Counted from the first letter of the stretch, positions 26,296 to 40,647 are shown. The stretch is DNA of 63,599 nucleotides from Octopus bimaculoides (GCF_001194135.2 NC_068985.1:44379664-44443262); one strand, 5' to 3'. The notes: generated from the sequence alone by a model not told the origin. Translations and numbers: made by a program.

Positions 26296-28350
26296 CTTGT
26301 ATTTCATACCCAAACTGTTATATTTAATAGATCTAATTTGTTTATCCACATAATCGCCACCATATCTGTCTCAACTCGATCCCTCTTAAAGCCGTTCTTT
26401 ACCCTGTGGAATTGATCCTCTGTAAAGACATCGGAGACTAAATTTGAATCATTTGAGCACTACTAAGTGTCTTCTATACTAAGAATCTCTGGATCTCATC
26501 TGTTGACAATAAACATAAGTACATAAGTACCAGACAAAAAAAGCTGCAATTGAATGGGGAAAAAATTGAAAAATTAACAAAAATTGAACTTCAATTATTG
26601 TGTTATTGCTACGAAAGTAACTTTTTCAATGTATGTGCATGCATGTGTACACATGTGCAAATATATGTGTATATAATTTGTAGTTCATAGGTCACATTTG
26701 AGAAGATGAAAACTGAAAAACAAGACCCAATATGATGAAGAGTTGTATGTATACTATTTCACGTAACAAAATATAATTGATCAAATATTTCAACACAGTT
26801 CCTCAAAGGACACATACACATACCTTTCTCTCTTTCTATTTCCATCAGTCTGTGTGTGTGTGTATGTGTGTGGGTATGTGTATATGTATGTGTATATATA
26901 TATAAACACACACGCACCAGTTGTATGTAACACCACACTAGCAATATCTATACAGTCACAGAGCAGTGAATATTAATATCTGTACAGTCATACATCTGTG
27001 TTTATAGCATAGCTATACTAACGCACCAGTGTTTATAGTATAACTAAACTAACATACCAGTGTTGATAGTATAGGTACATAAACAGACAATCATTATCAT
27101 TTTTTAATATTCATCTTCCATTCATGCACGGGTAGGATGGTTGACAGGAGCTAGCCAGGTAGGAAATCTACCCAAGGATACTGTGTGTTTTGGCAGGGAT
27201 TTTATGGGGCTGGATGCCTTTCCTAACACCAACCACTCCACATAATGAATTCAGTGCTTTTTATGTGGCACCAGCACAGGCGAAGTTAATTTTGGCAAGA
27301 TTTTTACAATGTCTATATGACGACATTATCCAGTGAAATGACACCACGTTGTTCTTTCAACTAACCTCAGTTCTATTCTATTTCTTTCCTCTAGCCCCAC
27401 CCCTGGAACCAGCAACAACAACAACAACAGACCGTTTCCTTTCCTTTCTTCATTCTCATAGATAATAAGACCCCTCAAAGGTTGAACTTTACATTCTTCT
27501 CATGGGAAATTAGCTTGACCAATCTTGAACTTTCTTTTTCAGTGATTTTCACTAATCCATGCAATCCATCACAAGTCTCCACAAGTTCCAGATTTTAATA
27601 CCTAGCTTTTGTCTTGTCTTACTAATCTGGGATGTTGGATCAGTGAATGTCTGGTAAGTTCTCTGTCATCAATTCACTGCAAGGAAAATTCACCACAGGG
27701 AAAGTTCAAAGTTTTTTTTGTTTTTTTTTTTGCAATAAAATAGTTTTTGACTATTAATGGTGGAATACTATGGATATATTTTCGCGGTGAATTGATGGCA
27801 ATGAACTTACCTGTAATCAAATTAGTGTATTGTTCCAAGACATAAGATTGTCATTGGTTACTTCACAGGTCCAATTGAACAAAGTTGATAAGGTTGTTGG
27901 TAAAAAAAAGGGGGTGGTTTAGCAGCAGCAGTAGCAACAACAAAATGAAAATAGAATTACAAGTGCTGAGAAGAACTCAATGCTAGTATCTAAAAAAAGG
28001 TTAAAAGGTAAGAAATTGAGCTAAAACTGCTGACAGTATGATATTTTCTCAAGCTCTCTCTTTCTCTCTCTATCAGTGCAACCATTCTTGATGGGGAAAA
28101 AAGAGGTGATGATAATAGAGAAACCTCGACATTCTAGTTCTTAAGAAGATCAAAAGCCACCAAGCTGATAATAAAATCTTTGCAGTTTCCTCCTAATTCC
28201 AACAAATTCCAAGAATGCATTGAAGAATTTCTTATTCCTCATAGAAACAACGAAAAGAAAAAAAATTCAGATTTACGTCCAAAATAAACAGAAATTGGAA
28301 AACAAATGGTTAAATACGGAAATATATGTATGTCTGTGTATGTATGTATG

Positions 28351-28395
<45 letters not shown>

Positions 28396-30146
28396 NNNNN
28401 NNNNNNNNNNNNNNNNNNNNNNNNNNNNNNNNNNNNNNNNNNNNNNNNNNNNNNNNNNNNNNNNNNNNNNNNNNNNNNNNNNNNNNNNNNNNNNNNNNNN
28501 NNNNNNNNNNNNNNNNNNNNNNNNNNNNNNNNNNNNNNNNNNNNNNNNNNNNNNNNNNNNNNNNNNNNNNNNNNNNNNNNNNNNNNNNNNNNNNNNNNNN
28601 NNNNNNNNNNNNNNNNNNNNNNNNNNNNNNNNNNNNNNNNNNNNNNNNNNNNNNNNNNNNNNNNNNNNNNNNNNNNNNNNNNNNNNNNNNNNNNNNNNNN
28701 NNNNNNNNNNNNNNNNNNNNNNNATATATATATATTACACACACACACACATATATGTATATAGGTATATTGTCTACACATTCAACTTGGATGAATGATA
28801 TCGCAGTCTACTTACCAGCAGTAATATATTTTTTTTTTTACTTTATTGCAATTTACACCAGAATGAATCCACAATTAAATGTGTATGTATGCCTGAAGAG
28901 ATACAGATGTATATGTGTGTGCATGTACACACGTGTGTATGTGTATATTTATATATATATATATATATATAATACACACACAGGTGTACATACATACATA
29001 CATACATATATATATATCATCAACATCATCGTTTAATGTCCAACTTCCATGCTGGCATGGCTGATGTCTCTGTGTTTATATATATTATACATACATACAC
29101 ACAAGCATACATCTAATACATGCACACACATATATACACATATACATATACACACAGGGATGCATACATACATACATATATATATATACATATACACACA
29201 CACGCACACATTTGTGTGAGAGCACATATATATATAAGCCAAAATTAATCCCAAAACAAAAAAAACAAAAAAAAAAGTAAGATTTTGTGGCAAAGTTTTA
29301 TTTATTTATTGGAATTCTATTATTTCCTCAGAATAATTCTTTAACCATTGTTCTCCTATTGAATATTCCAGCAACTAAATCTAGAGTAATACCAAAATAT
29401 CCATGTGGAATCACAGACATTGTTCTTCAGAGACGAAAGAAATGAAGAAAGAAAATAAGAGTTTCTTCCTTTGTATTTATTTTTAAAGCAAAATCAAATC
29501 AAAGATAAATATGGTGATTAGATTTGCTTAACCCCAAGCCATCCTTGGTTAAAGACATTCCAATCATGACCACCCCTTTGTTTTGCTTATACAGTAAAGA
29601 GAGGCCCAATAAAGATTTTACTAGCATCTTCTGTTGCTCTTCTCTCTCTTTTTAGTTTTGATAGCAGTATGGCACCATTCAGACTTCTTTGACGTGATGC
29701 TTAGTCTGCTATTTATGTAACCTGTGAGGTTTCATTGTTTGCACAATAGGGAAAAGTGTATGTACTGGAGTTCCATCATAGATTGTTGTATTTAAGGCTG
29801 GACACTGATGAGGTGTGATGCACGATTACTTAATGTCTACTTACCTAATTATTTCAGCATTCTGATGAAATGCAGGTATGTCCAATAAAGCTTTGACTAC
29901 CACACCTGTTTTCATGCTTATCATTCCATTATATATAAGGTGGCAAGCTGATACAAACATTACCATGCTGGGTAAAATGCTTAGTGGAATTTTGTCTGTC
30001 TTTACATTCTGAATTCAAATTCTGCCATGGTTGACTTAGCCGTTTATCCTTTCAGGATCAATAAAATAAATATCAGTTAAATACTGGGGCTGATGTAACT
30101 GACTTACCTCCTCTCACCAAATTTTTGGTCTTCTGCCAAAATCTGA

Positions 30147-30287
30147 AGCCTTGCTTCCCAACCACATAGTTTCCAGTTCAGTCTCACTGCATGGCACCTT
30201 GGACAGGTGTCTTCTATAGCTTCAGGCCGACCAAAGCCTTGTGAGTAGATTTGGTAGACGGAAACTGAAAGAAGCCTGTCATGTATA

Positions 30288-30385
<98 letters not shown>

Positions 30386-30595
30386 TATGTATGTATGTAC
30401 GTATATATTTGTGCATCTGTGTTTGTTCCCCCCACCATCACTTGACAGCCGATGTTGGTGTATTTACGTCCCCGTAAGTTAGTAGTCAGGCAAGAGGCCG
30501 ATAGAATAAGTCCTGGGGTCAATTTGTTCGACTAAAGGTTGTGCTCCAGCATGGCTGCAGTCAGATGACTGAAACAAGTGAAAGAATAAAAGAAT
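30147..30595 (+). mobile_element. SINE family A with long internal (TA)n(CA)n
   Basis: Similarity to other family A copies. Confidence 0.85.
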
Positions 30596-31289
30596 ATGAA
30601 GACCCATGGCTTAGAGAATAGAGTGTTAGGCTTACAATCATAAGCGACGAGTTTGATTCCTGGACTGGGCTGTGTGTTGTGTTCTTGAGAAAGACACTTT
30701 ATCTCATACTGCTCCAGTTCACTCAGCTGTAGAAATGAATTGCAATGTCACTGGCGCCAAGCTGTATCAGCCATTGCCTTTTTCTTGGATAACACCAGTG
30801 GCATGGAGTGGGGAGGCTGGTATGCATGAGTGACTATTGGTCTTCCACAAACAACTCTGCCCAGACTTGTGCCTCTTGATGCAATCCCATGATCATTCAC
30901 GACTGAAGGGGGTCTTTACCCTTACTTTTACATACATATACATATATAAGAACAGATGAATATGTCATCTGGTATAACTACAGTTGTTTCGTTAAAAATC
31001 TCTGTGATATAAACATGGTACCATCAGATAACCCATTCATTAGTTCTTACGTTTTTACATCACTTTAAAGTTTCATTTATCATTGGATACTTTCGGATAA
31101 TATTGCAGTTGTGGATTATCTAACAACAGTGAACCACTCTTCCCTTGATACATTCCATGCTATGATAATGGATTACTTGGGTGTGTTTTGCATTACTCTG
31201 TCTTGCCAATTTGTTATATACATTACTTTGATATGTTTCAATCCCCTATGGAAACCCTGTAATCAAAATTATATATATATGCACGCGCG

Positions 31290-31357
<68 letters not shown>

Positions 31358-31819
31358 CATAAGAAATAGAAAGTCTTTGGTAAAGTGCTATATATTTGAA
31401 AAAGTGAATAGAAATGGCTTTTCTGATAATTTTTCCACTTTGATAATTAGATGTTGGTGGATAAATTATCAGAATGCCATTTCTATCCATTTTTACAAAC
31501 ATATATATATATATATATATACTTCGTTTTTGGTTTGGTTTGTAAGATTCTTTATGTGAGTTTGTGTGTTGAAGCATATTTTGTTGTGCCTGAGGAGAGT
31601 CATTCTCCTTTAATCCTTTATTTAACACACTCACCGGTTCAGTTTCCACTCATTTACTTATTTATTTTTTGTTGTGTCTTGCAACCTTTTCAATATACAC
31701 ATGTATATGTACATTAATTAGTGTACTGTTCCATGATGGTAAGATCAACAAAAAAAGTACTCCATCTCGTGAGAGATAAATATTATTTAATACAATATAT
31801 GTAGATAAATATTATTTAG

Positions 31820-32070
31820 TAAATACAATATATTTATGTGCTACTATTAGTGTCATGTGCTGAGAGCATGCCAAACAGTGTTTTTTAACACATCTGGTGT
31901 CCTAGCATGAATATCTGAGACTGCCCACATGTCCCATTTTTTTAGTTTGTTATGCAATGTAGGCAGTGTCTGATGACTGTGCTAAGACATCAGATGTACT
32001 GAAAGACACTGTTTGGCATGCCCTCAGCACATGAAACTAATAGCAACACATAAATACATATATTGTGTTA
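31820..32070. mobile_element. Foldback/MITE-like element with about 90-bp imperfect inverted arms
   Basis: Left arm tatttatgtgctactattagtgtcatgtgctgagagcatgccaaacagtg.. matches the reverse complement of the right arm at about 85% over 78 nt. Confidence 0.75.
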
Positions 32071-32298
32071 ATTATAGTTTATTATATGTATGTGTACTCA
32101 ACGTATCCTACCCTTTAAGACTTCAGAGTGATCTGAGGAGGACTTGGCAGTTATTTTTCATATGTTGAATGATCATTGGAGGAGGGTAATTCTGATAGTT
32201 GACATAATTGTTTGGGGAGGTTGTAGGAATTGAGTAATGGCAAGGAGAAAGAATGTGAGAAATGTGAAGGGAGAAAGATGGGAAAGGAAGAAATAAAT

Positions 32299-32365
<67 letters not shown>

Positions 32366-32559
32366 AGCTGGGTGAGTGGGTCAATAAGGTAGTAGACAAT
32401 CAGCTGAAAGCAGTGGGAATACTGTGAATTTGACAAATGTTCTACATTACTAAATACAAAGTTAGGTTCCACATAAGTAATATATGTGAGTTGAAGAACC
32501 TCAATCAACTGAAATGATTATCTAAGCAAATAGGAAACAAACACTCCCTCTACTATACG

Positions 32560-32835
32560 TTGTAAGTTTTCACCTGTTTTTTCCATATCTTTCTTGGTCT
32601 TACTCTTCCACAAGTTCCTTCCATTTGATTTTCTGGCACTTTTTTAACCAGCGGTCATCCTCCATGCACATCTCACATCTGTACCAGCACAGTCTTCTCT
32701 CTTGCATGTTACATTTAATTTCTCTTACCCGCAATCTTTCTCTCACTTAATTTCTGCTCTATCATTAATGCACTCCAACATTACACATCAAACAGAACAC
32801 GTTCGCCTCATTTCTTTCCAGTTTTGTATATTCTC
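32560..32835 (-). mobile_element. RTE LINE C-terminal fragment
   Basis: Translates LERNEANVFCLMCNV, MQERRLCWY and GTCGRVRPRKIWKK. Confidence 0.75.
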
Positions 32836-33408
32836 TGTCGTCAATGCTTATTAAAGAGCAGATTATATGATGTTTGTGCACTTCAAACAGAAGCATTATA
32901 CAACTGGTACTTCAATCAGAGAAAGAAACATTTTTATTGCCAGCAGAAATAACAGCTTCCTAAACATTCTCCATTCTGTTTTAACTCTAACTACTAGGTT
33001 TTTGGAACACCAACCTCGACTGCTTATTAGGTTACTTAGGCTACAGAAACTGGTGAATATTTTTACTACTGTTAAGGAGCCTTTCCTACATTTGAAAGAA
33101 TTTCTTGCTAGTTACAAGGTTGGACCATAAAGAAAAGCACTCAGTGGATATTGTAAAGTAGTTGGCATGAGGAAGGGTATCTAACCACAGAATCCATGCC
33201 AAAATAGATTTTGTGGTGCATGACTACACCTTTCATCTTGTTTGTCAGATCTTGTAGAAGTGTTCGACCTATGCCAGTGTGGAAAGTGGATATAAAATGA
33301 TGTTGATTATATATATATTTTGTGTTATGCTTAGAAGTGATGCACTTTACTAGAATTTTTTGACTTAGGTCCAGTAAAACAAACAATTCTAAATCTTTGT
33401 TATAGTAT

Positions 33409-33572
33409 GGCATAGGAGTGGCTGTGTGGTAAGTAGCTTGCTTACCAACCACATGGTTCCAGGTTCAGTCCCACTGTGTGGCACCTTGGGCAAGTGTCTT
33501 CAACTATAACCTCAGGCCAACCAAACCTTGTGAGTGGATTTGGTAGACAGAAACTGAAAGAAGCCCGTCGTA

Positions 33573-33647
<75 letters not shown>

Positions 33648-33856
33648 CTGTGTGTTTGTGTTTGTCCCCCCAACATCGCTTGACAACCGATGCTGGTGTG
33701 TTTACGTCCCCGTAACTTAGCGGTTCGGCTAAAGAGACCGATAGAATAAGTACTACGCTTACAAAGAATAAGTCCTGGGGTTGATTAGCTCGACTAAAAG
33801 GTGGTGCTCCAGCATGGCCACAGTCAAATGACTGAAACAAATAAAAGAGTAAAGAG
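33409..33856 (+). mobile_element. SINE family A, full length
   Basis: Complete head, internal (TA)n(TG)n and 3' aaaagagtaaagag tail. Confidence 0.9.
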
Positions 33857-36800
33857 TATCAATATTTGGTTTTACTTCATATACATATATGTTTAGAGAG
33901 AGAGAGAGAGAGAGAATCAACTACTTTATGTGACCAGATGTACCAATGAATAAGATGTCATCCATTTTTACTTTCCCCATGAAATTTCATCCTTTTTCCA
34001 AGTTACAGAGAAGACTTGAGCCAATGAAGAAACCTCTATGCAGTCACGTGACCACATTCCCCTCATACCACACTCCATTGTCTTGGACAAGCAGGGACAC
34101 ATTAGATGATAAAGCCCTACATACACCTTGAAATGATGGTATGGTCATAGCTGGAATGTTTTTGACCATAGGTTTACTTCATAAAGGCTGACATGTGAGC
34201 TAAACAACAACATCTGCAGCAGTAGAATAAGCTGAAACAACACAGAATAAACCAATATTCCCAGAAACATGACAAATCCCTAACAGCAGCCTACATATGA
34301 TACTCAGGTATTATATGTAGAATAGTGCAGCATTTTACTTAGACATTATATATATATTTATTGCATGGTAAAGAAGTTTGGTTTTTTTCATCACATTGTT
34401 CCAGATACAATCCTGCCATGCAGCATCTTTGGCAAGTGTCTTTCATCACATTTTCAAGTTGACCTAATACTTGTAGTAAACAGAAGCTGTAAAAGAAGCC
34501 TGATAGAGTGGCTGTACAGTGTGTGTTATGACACAAGGAGGATCCCATTTGATTCAATTAATAGAACAGCCTGGCTCATAAAATTAACATGCAAATGGCT
34601 GAGCACTCCACAGACATGCATACCCATAATGTAGTTTTTGGGGAGATTCAGCTTGACATAGAATGTGACAAGGCTAGGTCCTTTGAAAGACAGGTACTAC
34701 TCATCTTTTCCAGCTGAGTAGACTGGAGCAATATGAAATAAAGTGTTTTGCCCATGGACACAATGCACTGCCAGGAATCGATCTCATGATCTTACGATCT
34801 TGAGCCAAATACCCAAACCACTCAGCCACACACCTTCACAATTACTGCTACCAATAACAGAGACCCTAAGTAAAGGTCATGAACACAGGTCTTCTTCTAC
34901 TGATTATCTATAAAAATTGAAATAGTTTTTTCTTTTCTTTATCATGTTATTTTTTATCATGTTATTTTTTTTCTTTATCATTTGTTATTTTGATTCTGAA
35001 TTCATTTGACCTATTGTTGACCTACAATAATTTGGAATGAAACCCTATGTGATGACACACTTTTCAGTTTTGTTTTGGCAAATCAAACATTTGATCAAAA
35101 CCCCATCCAAAATCAATGTACATAAACTTCAAACAATGAAAAATTTCCGTTCCACATATATATATAGTGATGTTTTCTCACAGAAATTGACTTTTACACA
35201 AAAAAAAAAAGAAAAAGGGCACACACACACATATAAGCAACTGTGTATATATTCAACTAACATATATTAAGGCCTTCCGCTACTAGCCAATTAATATTAA
35301 ATAGAAAGTGATTAGCTGCATTTTGGTTGGGTTAACGTGACATATTTATTTACTGATGGCATAAAAAAATAGTAACTGCAAAATGATAGTTAGTAATCCA
35401 ACAATAAAAAAAAAAAGAATTGAAGGACTTCAGTGAATTGCTTAATCTATTATTAGCAACGAAGGTCTCCTCTCTTCAAATGAAAGATGCCAGACTAATA
35501 TCAATTATATTTTTCATTATATGGCATATGATGTAATCTATTATGTATGTAAACAGGATTAGTTATGTTTGTATTTTAGATGTATTTATGGCTTATGTTT
35601 GATTATGGATTATTTTCTTTGTCTTCAATGTTCATTGACATGGATGATAATACGATGTTTTGATCGACTCACTTTGATTAAACAAACAGACAAACAGAGA
35701 GAGACACACATAAATGTGTCTATTTCTAAGCTGGTTAGGGATTGAAACTTGAACAGTTATTTAACTGGTGGACAATAAGTTGGTGGTTAGAACTGCAGAC
35801 CTAACAGTCTGCAGATATAAAAGTTCCCTGTTCAATTCTTAGCTTTGTGCAGGAATATATATTCATCATTATCATCATCATTTTTATGTCAATTATTCCA
35901 TGCTGGCATGGATTACATGAAACTTGTTGAATCAGACTTTCTATGTTCAGATACTCTTTCTGTAACCAAGGCTTACTTGTTTACCAAATTTGGTACTTTC
36001 ATTCCACTCATCCTCAGATGTTGAAACGATGAAACATTTTTTTTCTTTTTACTAAAGAATGTAAACAAAGACTTTTTGTTCGAGCAATGTTAATGACACA
36101 TAAAGGATACCTGTACTGGCAACATGTGAGGGGCATCCGGGCCAGCAACAAGTGAGGGAGGAAAAGGAATATTCCATTCTAAACATGTTAATTTGATTTA
36201 GAATGGAATATTCTTAAGTCATTTCCTTATGATAAAGGTGAATCTTATTGTTCGCTCTGTAACAATGAACTGTATTTCATCCTGTTCTCAGGGAATCCTC
36301 TTGTAAACACGTTTAAAGAACACGTTTATCGTTGTAAGCATTGGCAAAAACATACCTTTAGTTCCTATAAGTAATTTCTACCAATATATAGAACTCAAAT
36401 TTTAACTGTTTTCTTACATTTCATATCCACAAAATATATCTATTTCCACACCTTTAAGCTTTATTCCTATTCACCCTCTATATTTCTCCACTGTTAGTTT
36501 TCTGCTAATTTCTCTCTATCTCCTCCTCCTTTTTCTATAAATTGCCTTTAACGTTATATCTATTAATGCTTTTTCTGAAAAAAAAAAAACTTGCCAGCAT
36601 TCCCTTCATTATATACGCAGTCATCACATTCTGTTAAAATGTCATATTAATGTGTTTGGTTTCTTTTTTTCCCCGATGAGAAGATTGCATTGTTTTATGT
36701 CTAGAATAATACCAATGTTTTCTTCGAAACATATGTTAGAAGTATAAAGATTTGGATAACACCTACATTTAACTCCATTTATTTATTTATCTATGCTATA

Positions 36801-36936
36801 CAAAAACATTTCACTTAACCCTGGAATTTCTACCTTTAAAAGTAGGCTGTTACAACCTTGGTACCTATGTGAATTTTTGCTGCCCTGGTAATTATTTATT
36901 TATTTTTTCCATGTGGTTTGTACACATTGAAAAAAT

Positions 36937-36976
<40 letters not shown>

Positions 36977-38790
36977 GTATTTATTCTTTTACTTATTTCA
37001 GTTATTAAACTACTGTCATGCTGGGGCACCGCTTTGAAAAGTTTTAGTTGAACTTATTGTTTAAAGCTTGGTACTATTCTATCCATCTCTTTTGCCACAC
37101 CACTCAGTTACATGGGTGTAAACACACCTAACACTGGTTGCCAAGTGGTATGCATGTGTATGTGTGTGTGTGTGTGGGGGGGGGGCAGACAAACAGACAC
37201 ACACATAATAGGCTTCTTTCAGTTATAAGGTTTTGGTTGGTTCGAGGCTATAGTAGATGAGTATATTAATCATTTACCCAAGGCTCCATGCAGTAGGACT
37301 GAACTCAGAAACATGAAGTTAGGAAACAAATTTCTTACCACACAGTCATGCCTGCACCTTTGAAATATATAAACACGCACACATACACATATTATTAATG
37401 GGATACATTTTTCAAAATAAGACTTCTCAACACAATCAAAGACTCCCTTTGGTAATGAACGACCATGGGTTTGCACCTAGAAAGTTACCCTCCAAAGCAC
37501 AAGTCAGGGCAAGGTTGTTTATGGAAAATCAGCAGTCACCCATGCGTACCAGTTTCCCCTCTCCATGCCACCGATGTTATCCAAAGGAAATGCAAAGGCT
37601 GATACAGCTTGGTACCTGTGACATCACAACTCATACCTACAGCTGAGTGAACTGGAGCAATGTGAAATAAATTGTCTTGCCCAAGAACATAACACACAGC
37701 CCAGTCTAAGAATTGAACTCACAACCTCATGATTGTGAGTCTGATGCTCTAACCACTGAGCCATTCACCTTCACAATTAGCAATATAAGTAAAAGACAGA
37801 CTACACAACATCAAAAGGTAATAAAATATGGCCCCAGTAAATATAGAAGACCTACAGTGGTTGAAGATATATCTGAGAGATGAGCATTGCTTGAACATGA
37901 AAACGATTTGGCAGAAGAGAATTATGAAACCTGTGGGGTATCAAAGTTAAGCTTTTGTTTTGAGGAACATGGGTATGGATACACAACCTGAGACAATGAT
38001 GCTGATAGTAAGTTAGATTAAATGAAATGGCATGAATTAGTAAGGAAAGGTACTCAGTCACAGAATGACTTAACTCTTGTACTTGTAGCAAGTAATAATA
38101 TATTTCATCACAGTAGTTGCAAGTACAGTGAATTCACTGATGACATGGTATCCAGTCTAAGAATGATATAAATCTTGCACCAGGTGATATAGTTCATCAA
38201 CATGGCTGAAAGTACAGTGAAATCTGTAATTCGCTGATGAAGTGAACTAAGAATAAGGCTGAAATATGTCTAGAATTGTTTCCCATTCTTGTTGGAAATG
38301 TGAAATAACATCAGTCATTGATTAATGTTGCTTTGATTCCTTTTCTTCATCACTGCATAATTATTTATAGATTCTTAATGTTGCATTCATTAAATATTAT
38401 CAACATCATCTATTAAGTTAATAGTTGAATCAAAATAACTTTAAAAAGGTTTTATCCACTGAGATAAACACTACTTCAAATGCATGGAAAGATGAAGACC
38501 TGTGCATCCTCTCTAACACTAGAAAACTAGATGTTACGAAACGACGACATGTTTTATAACAATGCTGATAACAATGATGATGATTAGTATATACGCTAAG
38601 AATAATTTCTGCTTTAGTCACTACAGAGACATCCGATAGATTGGTCAGCTAGCATGTAACCAGATACTAACTGGTGGAACAGGTTTTTTTTTCTTTTTAT
38701 TAATGATTTTTCAGTTTGGTCACTATCAGTATGTTTATTGGTCAGCCAACAATTGGAAATAGTGGTCAGTACATTATGGCCTTAAATAGC

Positions 38791-38840
<50 letters not shown>

Positions 38841-38876
38841 CGTCATTATAATTATTATAATTATTATTATTATAAT
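38791..38876. repeat. (ATT)n microsatellite
   Basis: Direct inspection. Confidence 0.95.
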
Positions 38877-39439
38877 TCAGTTTCTGTTTAAACAGACTCT
38901 ACTGAGATAGTAATCAGCTAGCAACTAGAGACAACAGTTTGTGGTAGTGGTGATGGTGATGGGGAAATGACTAATGATTTTGTTTTGGTCTGTAAAACAC
39001 TAGATGTAGCAATCAAAGGTCCAACAGAAAGAGGAGATGGAAATCAGAGAGAACGACTTTAGTAATTTTAATTAACCTCTTAAAACCATGATTCCTGAGA
39101 CATCTAATTAAATTATTAAAAGTGTGAAATAAGTCTTAGGGCTTAAAGGATTAAGGGTGTCGGATGGCAACATTCGGGTGGTAAGTGGATTAAAATACCT
39201 GCAGGTATTTAATAAGGAAGAATTGTTTAAAAGTCAAACAAAATAATTAGTGATATTCAGTTACATCCCTTCAGACTCTGAGTTCAAATCCTACGAGGAT
39301 CAAATTTACTCTTTATTTTTCTAGCATTGATAATTTAAGAACCAGTCAAGTACTGGAGACTGGTTCAATCAAATTTATTCCTTCCCATCAAAATGTGAAT
39401 TTTAAATTAATTAGTAACCATAGAAACATTGATTGCCTA

Positions 39440-39650
39440 GCAACTAGTTACCTTATCAATCCTATGAAGATTTTATGTGGATCACTCAACCTGCTAGAAA
39501 TAGCAGTAAAGTCCCTCTCACATCACAACCCACTATCTTAAGAAAGAAGAACATATTTGATATTGTAGTCCTAGATATGTGTAAAGACAGGATGGTCACA
39601 TCTGGAACATGCTTAATCAGGGTTGATCTAAGGCTAAACAATAGCTTATT
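39440..39650 (+). repeat. Interspersed repeat family F; fragments also at about 15040-15215, 18130-18300, 21440-21630, 22930-23015, 34000-34210
   Basis: Shared cactcaacctgctagaaatagcag..ggatggtca..tggaa..ggctaaacaa motif. Confidence 0.7.
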
Positions 39651-39669
39651 TGGTGATGAGTATATTAAT

Positions 39670-40030
39670 CATCATCATTGTATAATGTTCATTTTTCCCT
39701 TTTCCATGCTGGCATGGGTTGGGCTGCATCAGGCCCCAGCCATCAGTTTTGGCATGGTTTCTACAGCTGGATGCCCATACGCTTTACAGAGTGTACTGGG
39801 TGCTTGTAAGTGGGACTAGCACAGCTGCTTTTTTATGTGGCACCAACATGGGTGCTTATCGTACATGGTGCTGACACAGGTACTTTCTTTATGTGACGCC
39901 AGCACCGATGCTCCTTATGCGGTGCCAGTATGGGTGCTCTTCACGTGGCACTGGCACAGTTGCCTCTATGTGATGCCAGCATAGGTGCCTATTATGTGGC
40001 ATCAGTACTCATGGGGTTACCAAGTGGCTT
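39670..40030 (-). mobile_element. RTE tail element (family E) with internal about 28-bp tandem expansion
   Basis: Family E 3' end followed by about 8 degenerate gtgcttttatgtggcaccagcac units. Confidence 0.7.
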
Positions 40031-40120
40031 GCAAGACAAAGATGTCTCTGTTGAGAGAGGGAAAGGAATTAAGAGAAGTGGCTATGTGCAAGGCGAGAGG
40101 TTAGAATATGATAGAAGGTC

Positions 40121-40341
40121 AGGCGGCGAGCTGGCAGAATCATTAGCACGCCAGGCGAAATGCTTAGCGGTATTTCGTCTGCCACTATGTTCTGAGTTCA
40201 AATTCCGCTGAGGTCGACTTTGCCTTTCATCCTTTCGGGGTCGATAAATTAAGTACCAGTTACGCACTGGGGTCGATGTAATCGACTTAATCCCTTATTT
40301 GTTCCCTCTATGTTTAGCCCCTTGTGGGCAGTAAAGAAATA
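40121..40341 (+). mobile_element. Young family B SINE with target-site duplication
   Basis: CpG-intact copy flanked by agaaggtc at 40113-40120 and 40342-40349. Confidence 0.9.
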
Positions 40342-40427
40342 AGAAGGTCAGGAATAGCTGTCTTACTACAAAGGAGATACTTGGCTACCCCAGTAGGACA
40401 AAGAAGCAGAGGAAGGCAGGAGAGAGA

Positions 40428-40467
<40 letters not shown>

Positions 40468-40647
40468 AAGAGAGAGGGAGAGAGAGAGAGAGAAAGAGAA
40501 AGATAGAAACAGTCAGAGTGAGAGAGAGAGCCTAACCACAGGAACAGTCAGGAGGAGTATAAGTAGAGCAGAAGAGACTAGAGAAACCACAAGTCAAACG
40601 TTGAGGGATCTTTTTTTTATATGTAGTTACCATAGAGACAATTCATT

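Noticed and set aside
34043-34052. Perfect CLEAR motif GTCACGTGAC
   Set aside because: Lies within a decayed family F repeat with no CpG island.
35808-35829. Short inverted repeat ctgcagac/gtctgcag
   Set aside because: An 8-bp stem is expected by chance in 63 kb.
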